DNA of 64,000 nucleotides from Azolla caroliniana. Taxonomy: Eukaryota; Plantae; Polypodiophyta. Below are positions 55,779-64,000 of this stretch, in pieces. The position numbers and the translations under genes are program-made. Each line of letters opens with the position of its first letter. Within the stretch, counting starts at the first letter, position 1. Under the pieces are notes generated by a model. That model did no database searches. It saw only the letters and a list, made by a program, of their open reading frames with translations, and was not told the origin of the DNA. Location of the stretch: positions 5,766,001 through 5,830,000 of the forward strand of contig JBHGNT010000010.1 in NCBI GenBank assembly GCA_043228905.1, read 5' to 3'.

Positions 55779-58700
55779 GATTGGTACATGGAAAATTTCT
55801 GACATTTTTGTTCCCACTGTGTGCTCAACCTTGACATATTCTAGAGTTTCATTGCTATAATTTGTAAGGCACCAGATTGTTTTCTTTCTTAAACTAGGGT
55901 TTCGTTGGGTGTAAGGTGACCTTATGTTAATGATGAGAGAGAGAGAGAGAGAAAGAGAGCACAGACAATGGCAATAAGGCAAAGGATAGCATCTGGATCA
56001 TCCACATTTTTGTTCCCTCTATAATGATCTCCAAGGGATCTCAATGCTGTGTGTAAGCATTAGCAAATTGTGTTGCGTTGCGTTCAATTTTTGTTTCTCT
56101 TTAGCTTAATCAGGGTTTCAACTGTGAAGAAACCTTACCTAAATGATAATAGGGAGAGAGGGGGGCTGTTTGATGATTGTCAAGTGACCTTATATTAATG
56201 ATAATAGAGAGAGGGGGGGGGAGAAGAAGGTCAAAGTGGGTAAGATGATCTTATGATTAATATGAATAGTTTGTCTGTCATACCTTTGTTAATAATCCCT
56301 CCCTGTCGGCTTAAGAAAGTGTAAAGGATCCTCATTAGTGTTTGATGACTTAACTGTAATGACAATCTGCTTTTTCTTACTGCGGTTAATCTTTCCTTAT
56401 TTACTTCATGATATTACTGAAATGTGGTGGTGTATCAACTGTAGAAGTTAATGTTCCTTCAATTTGCTACTTGGTTTGCTAAACATGTATTTTATCCCTT
56501 GTTTATGCTGCCAAGTGATTGTAGCATATTACCGAAATGCGATTTGTTACTGGTATGTTACTTATATATTGCTCCAATTTGTTGATTGGTTTGCTTGACA
56601 TGGATATAGATTTGGAGCCAATAAGTTCAGGAGTAATAAAGGAACAAAGAGATGTCTTGGAATTCACATGGGATTTTTTCAAAGTTAAGCTCAACATAGT
56701 GTGGCCCTTGAACAGTGGTCTTGAATTTTAACAATAAATTCTTTCAGGTGTCATCAGCATTTGCCTAAGCAATTAAATTTTGGCCCTATTGGCCCTAATT
56801 ATTCTTGGCCAAGTAATTCCTCCAAACAAAGACTTGGAATTCAATTTCTATCTTTCCATTTAACCCCTAGCTTAACCCCTAGCCTATAAATCTAATTGAT
56901 TACTACAAGAGGGTAAGGGTGGTTATATTTTAGATGTTTTTATGCTAACATTAGCCTCCTTCAATTAATTAAGCTTCTTCGGTCAAGGTATGTGCATGTT
57001 GCTAATCATGTAATTAATAGTTAGTGAACAATCATCTCATGTGGATACAAGCTGACACAGTTCACTTACGATCACAACAAACTTGGTTAGATATATTTCT
57101 AGCATTACTATCCCCTTGGAAGTAAGCCATATATGAATACTATACTCTGCCAAAAATTGGATTGGTTCACGGAGTTCCCAATGTTCAATGGCAAGCCACC
57201 AATTAGTAACTTTGAAAAGGCAATCAGGATATTCACTTTCTACTCCTAGGATTAGTTGATAGAAATGAGAAAATGAACAAGATAACTGTTTAGTTGTGTA
57301 AATCTTATCTCCATGGGAAGATATAGTGAAGAGGACATTGCGAAGACCCAATCAAATGTTAACGTTGTAAGATGTCTCAACTTTTGGTTTTGTAAAACAC
57401 ATGAAAGCTACTTGATTCATTCTTTGAAGCCACTCATGGCTAGCCTTGGATACAATAGGTGAATGTTGGATCTTGTTGAAAAAATTGTAACAAGTTGCTT
57501 TTAGGCATTGTTATGCTTCATATGGTGTCTATTGATCACATGTGAAAGAAAATCAATTGGTCATTGTCTTTAATGATACTATATGCTTATTACTTTTCGG
57601 TAACAATTATGTACCCCAAATCCTTTAATAATTTAGAGCATTATACTTTAGGGACTAAGACCACACAAACATGACCAAAATTGTCAATACATGAGACAAT
57701 GAAACTAAGAATGATCGATATAGTCATGATTTAGAGCAAATACTAAATCAAATGTTTGTAGAAGTAGGGTAATAAATGTATAGCATCTCTCATATTGTAT
57801 TTCCATTAGCTTTTTGAGCAATTGTAGTTTCAATACATGAAATTTTAACATATTTATTTATTCATGGATTGCTTCCGAGATTGGCATAATTAGTAAACTT
57901 GATTGTATGATGTTAGCATGCATTCATATCATTAAGTTATATGGAGCATTGCTTTGTTTAGCCTACATTTTCTCAAATCTATGATTGGGGGTTTGTATAT
58001 CTTAATCTTGCCTTGAACATATTGAATTTGAATTTCAAATGGTTTGGCATGTGATTTTGATCCTTATGAAGCTCCCATTTTAAACAATTGATATAATCCG
58101 TCCTATGGGCCAATATTGGCCTCTCTATGGACGCTAAAAAATATCTATCTATCGATTGTTCTCAAGCATAGTAGGTATTCAATATATTGTGATAAACAAC
58201 TCTACAAACAAGATTCTTTAAAGGAAAAATACTTTAGCATCGAGGTTTCTAAATGCTCAAGAATCCATTGCTTTTGTGATATCAAATCTTGAGTTCTCAA
58301 CAAATACATCTTTGACGTTTTGGTGACATGAAAGTTTCTTGATAGGCCATTCTTAACAAGGATAAACAAATGTATGGAAGGATAAATTACAATTGCTAAT
58401 GAACGCAGAGAACATATACAATGACGAGATATTAAATATGGAGTCTTCAAGGGGTAACACATACTTGCAAATTGTTTCAAATTTAATATCGAGTCTTCAA
58501 GGGGTAACACATTTGACACTTTGATGACACCAATATTTATGGGGTTCATGAATGGAGTAATAGCATCCCTAATCACACTTCCAAATCGTTTGAAAATGTC
58601 CAAAAGTGGCGTCATAATTAATTTCTCCAAGCTCACATACAAAAAATGTCATACATACTATAACTTCCAGAGATGTTAAAATTTCTTCTACTCATCCATA

Positions 58701-60165
58701 ATGACTATGGTAAAGTTCTTGCTCTCAAATGTTTTGCACGGAAGCTATTTTCACATAATATAATCGGCATAGCAATTAGCATCTGCGTATGCATTATAAA
58801 TGGATTGATGGATTCATTTGCATTGATTAATACAGATTGATTAGTTAATCTATTAGGACAATCACTACAAATTAGTTCATTAGTATGATTATTATATAAC
58901 ATTCTATTTAAATAGCTTAACATTGATAAACTCGGAAAAGTTGCTTGTTAGCATAAAATAAATAGAACTTTGACAAAAGTGAAACAATGATATGAATGGA
59001 ACTACATGTGGTCCTATCAATATTTTATTCCTGATAGGAGGGTCATTCGCTATAACAGAGTTTTCAATGCATCATTCATAAAGAAGAGGAAGGCCATCTA
59101 AACATGCTATATACATGTAATATCTGGAATACTTCTGCTGCTTCTTAAATTGGATGCACATGCAAAGCACATGTACAATCATTTGTTTTTCATTCTGAGG
59201 GGCATGTATCAGCAATCAAAAGCCATCGATTTGAGTGAATATGCTCCATTTTTAATACCCTTCACCTTGATGTGAAGAGAATACATTGCTTTAGAGAGTC
59301 ACTATCTTAATATAATACATTCCCAAATTCTTTGCATTCCTTGATTGAAGTTAGATACAGCACTCACTCTAGTGTACATATTTCAATGTTGGATATATCA
59401 ATCAATCTCATCAAAATATCCGAATGTCAATAAAATATTGTGAAATGCACATAAGAGATAAAAACCAACCTAGTTAGCTTCTTACTTCTTACTCAATTTA
59501 TAGTTGATACAAAGGTACCTATTTGGGTTGGCTTAGCTAAAAAGGGTGGGTCAGCTTAGGTACATGCATCCTAAAAAGGGTGACATGCTAAAAGGGTGGC
59601 ATAAAGGACATGCACACCACAATATCATCAGCTCAACTGTTTCAGGCCAACCTCAAAATGCCCAGTTCGGTTTGACTTATTACTCACATTGAATCACATT
59701 GAAAAGAAGCAACAAGCTATTATCATTATCAAAACTCTTGGTCATCATTCATCATTCTAATTAACTCACTCCCATTGTTTAACATCAAAACTCATGCAAC
59801 TGTTTAAAAACGATTCGATCTTTCCTTGCATAAGAGCAAAACATAACAATCCAAAAATAATTCAAATTAATGAGAACAAGGCCCATACAATTCGAGAACA
59901 TCGACACTATTTTAATCATGTTCAGAACTGACCTATATGATCCTCTATCCTAAACCTAATGATAGCTTTTCTCAATCACCGATTGCTAAAGCTTTCCTTC
60001 CAAGCATATGGAAGTGACCACACAATTGATACAAAAAAAAGGTGGATAAATTATATTTATTGGATTGTTTCTACAATTTCGTAGTGGTGGTCTCCATTAT
60101 TCCTGGTCTCTCCTAAAAAATTCTTATTGGAGTTGGAAAAGCCTCAAATTGCTAATGGAAAATCA

Positions 60166-63871
<3,706 letters not shown>

Positions 63872-64000
63872 CTGCAAATACAAATGAACATTGACCGCTT
63901 AACAACAATTTTAAATGGATAGTTCATTCAATGACAAAATTCTATTGTGTGGATATAATCAAGACATATTCATGACCAAACTACGCAGCCAGTATTTAAA

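Noticed and set aside
58202-58642. 146-aa minus-strand ORF
   Set aside because: No motif recognised, no ATG start, and it contains a 51-bp duplication; probably a chance ORF in decayed repeat.

Overview
AT-rich, intron-containing land-plant nuclear DNA, probably a non-seed plant such as a fern (inferred from sequence style and retroelement type, not demonstrated). I could reconstruct seven host genes by hand. They are a very large 15-exon INCENP/WYRD-like gene (minus, 776-9989, about 2550 aa), a DCAF8-like WD40 gene (plus), a YY1-like C2H2 factor (plus), a caleosin/peroxygenase (plus), TRAPP subunit BET3 (minus), the NatA catalytic subunit NAA10 (plus, divergent from BET3), and the 3' part of a PPi-dependent phosphofructokinase beta subunit (minus, running off the right edge). 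The 11-30 kb and 34-38 kb intervals are transposon-rich. They hold a PLS-E+ PPR pseudogene, a structurally complete Ty1/Copia element (14603-20515, with TSD, PBS and PPT), a truncated sister element, an L1 relic interrupted by a hAT MITE, an old Tork-like Copia relic and LTR relics. Five observations stand out. (1) The Copia has two identical PPT motifs flanking a ~240-codon extension fused to RNase H. (2) A compact heat-shock-element array plus TATA box points at the second Copia. (3) Two convergent tRNA-like heads lie in the BET3/NAA10 promoter. (4) INCENP has grown by exon-module duplication and keeps a full IN-box. (5) Local duplications have created decoy splice sites in the caleosin and PFP genes. 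All gene models are manual, and none of this was checked against databases or transcripts.
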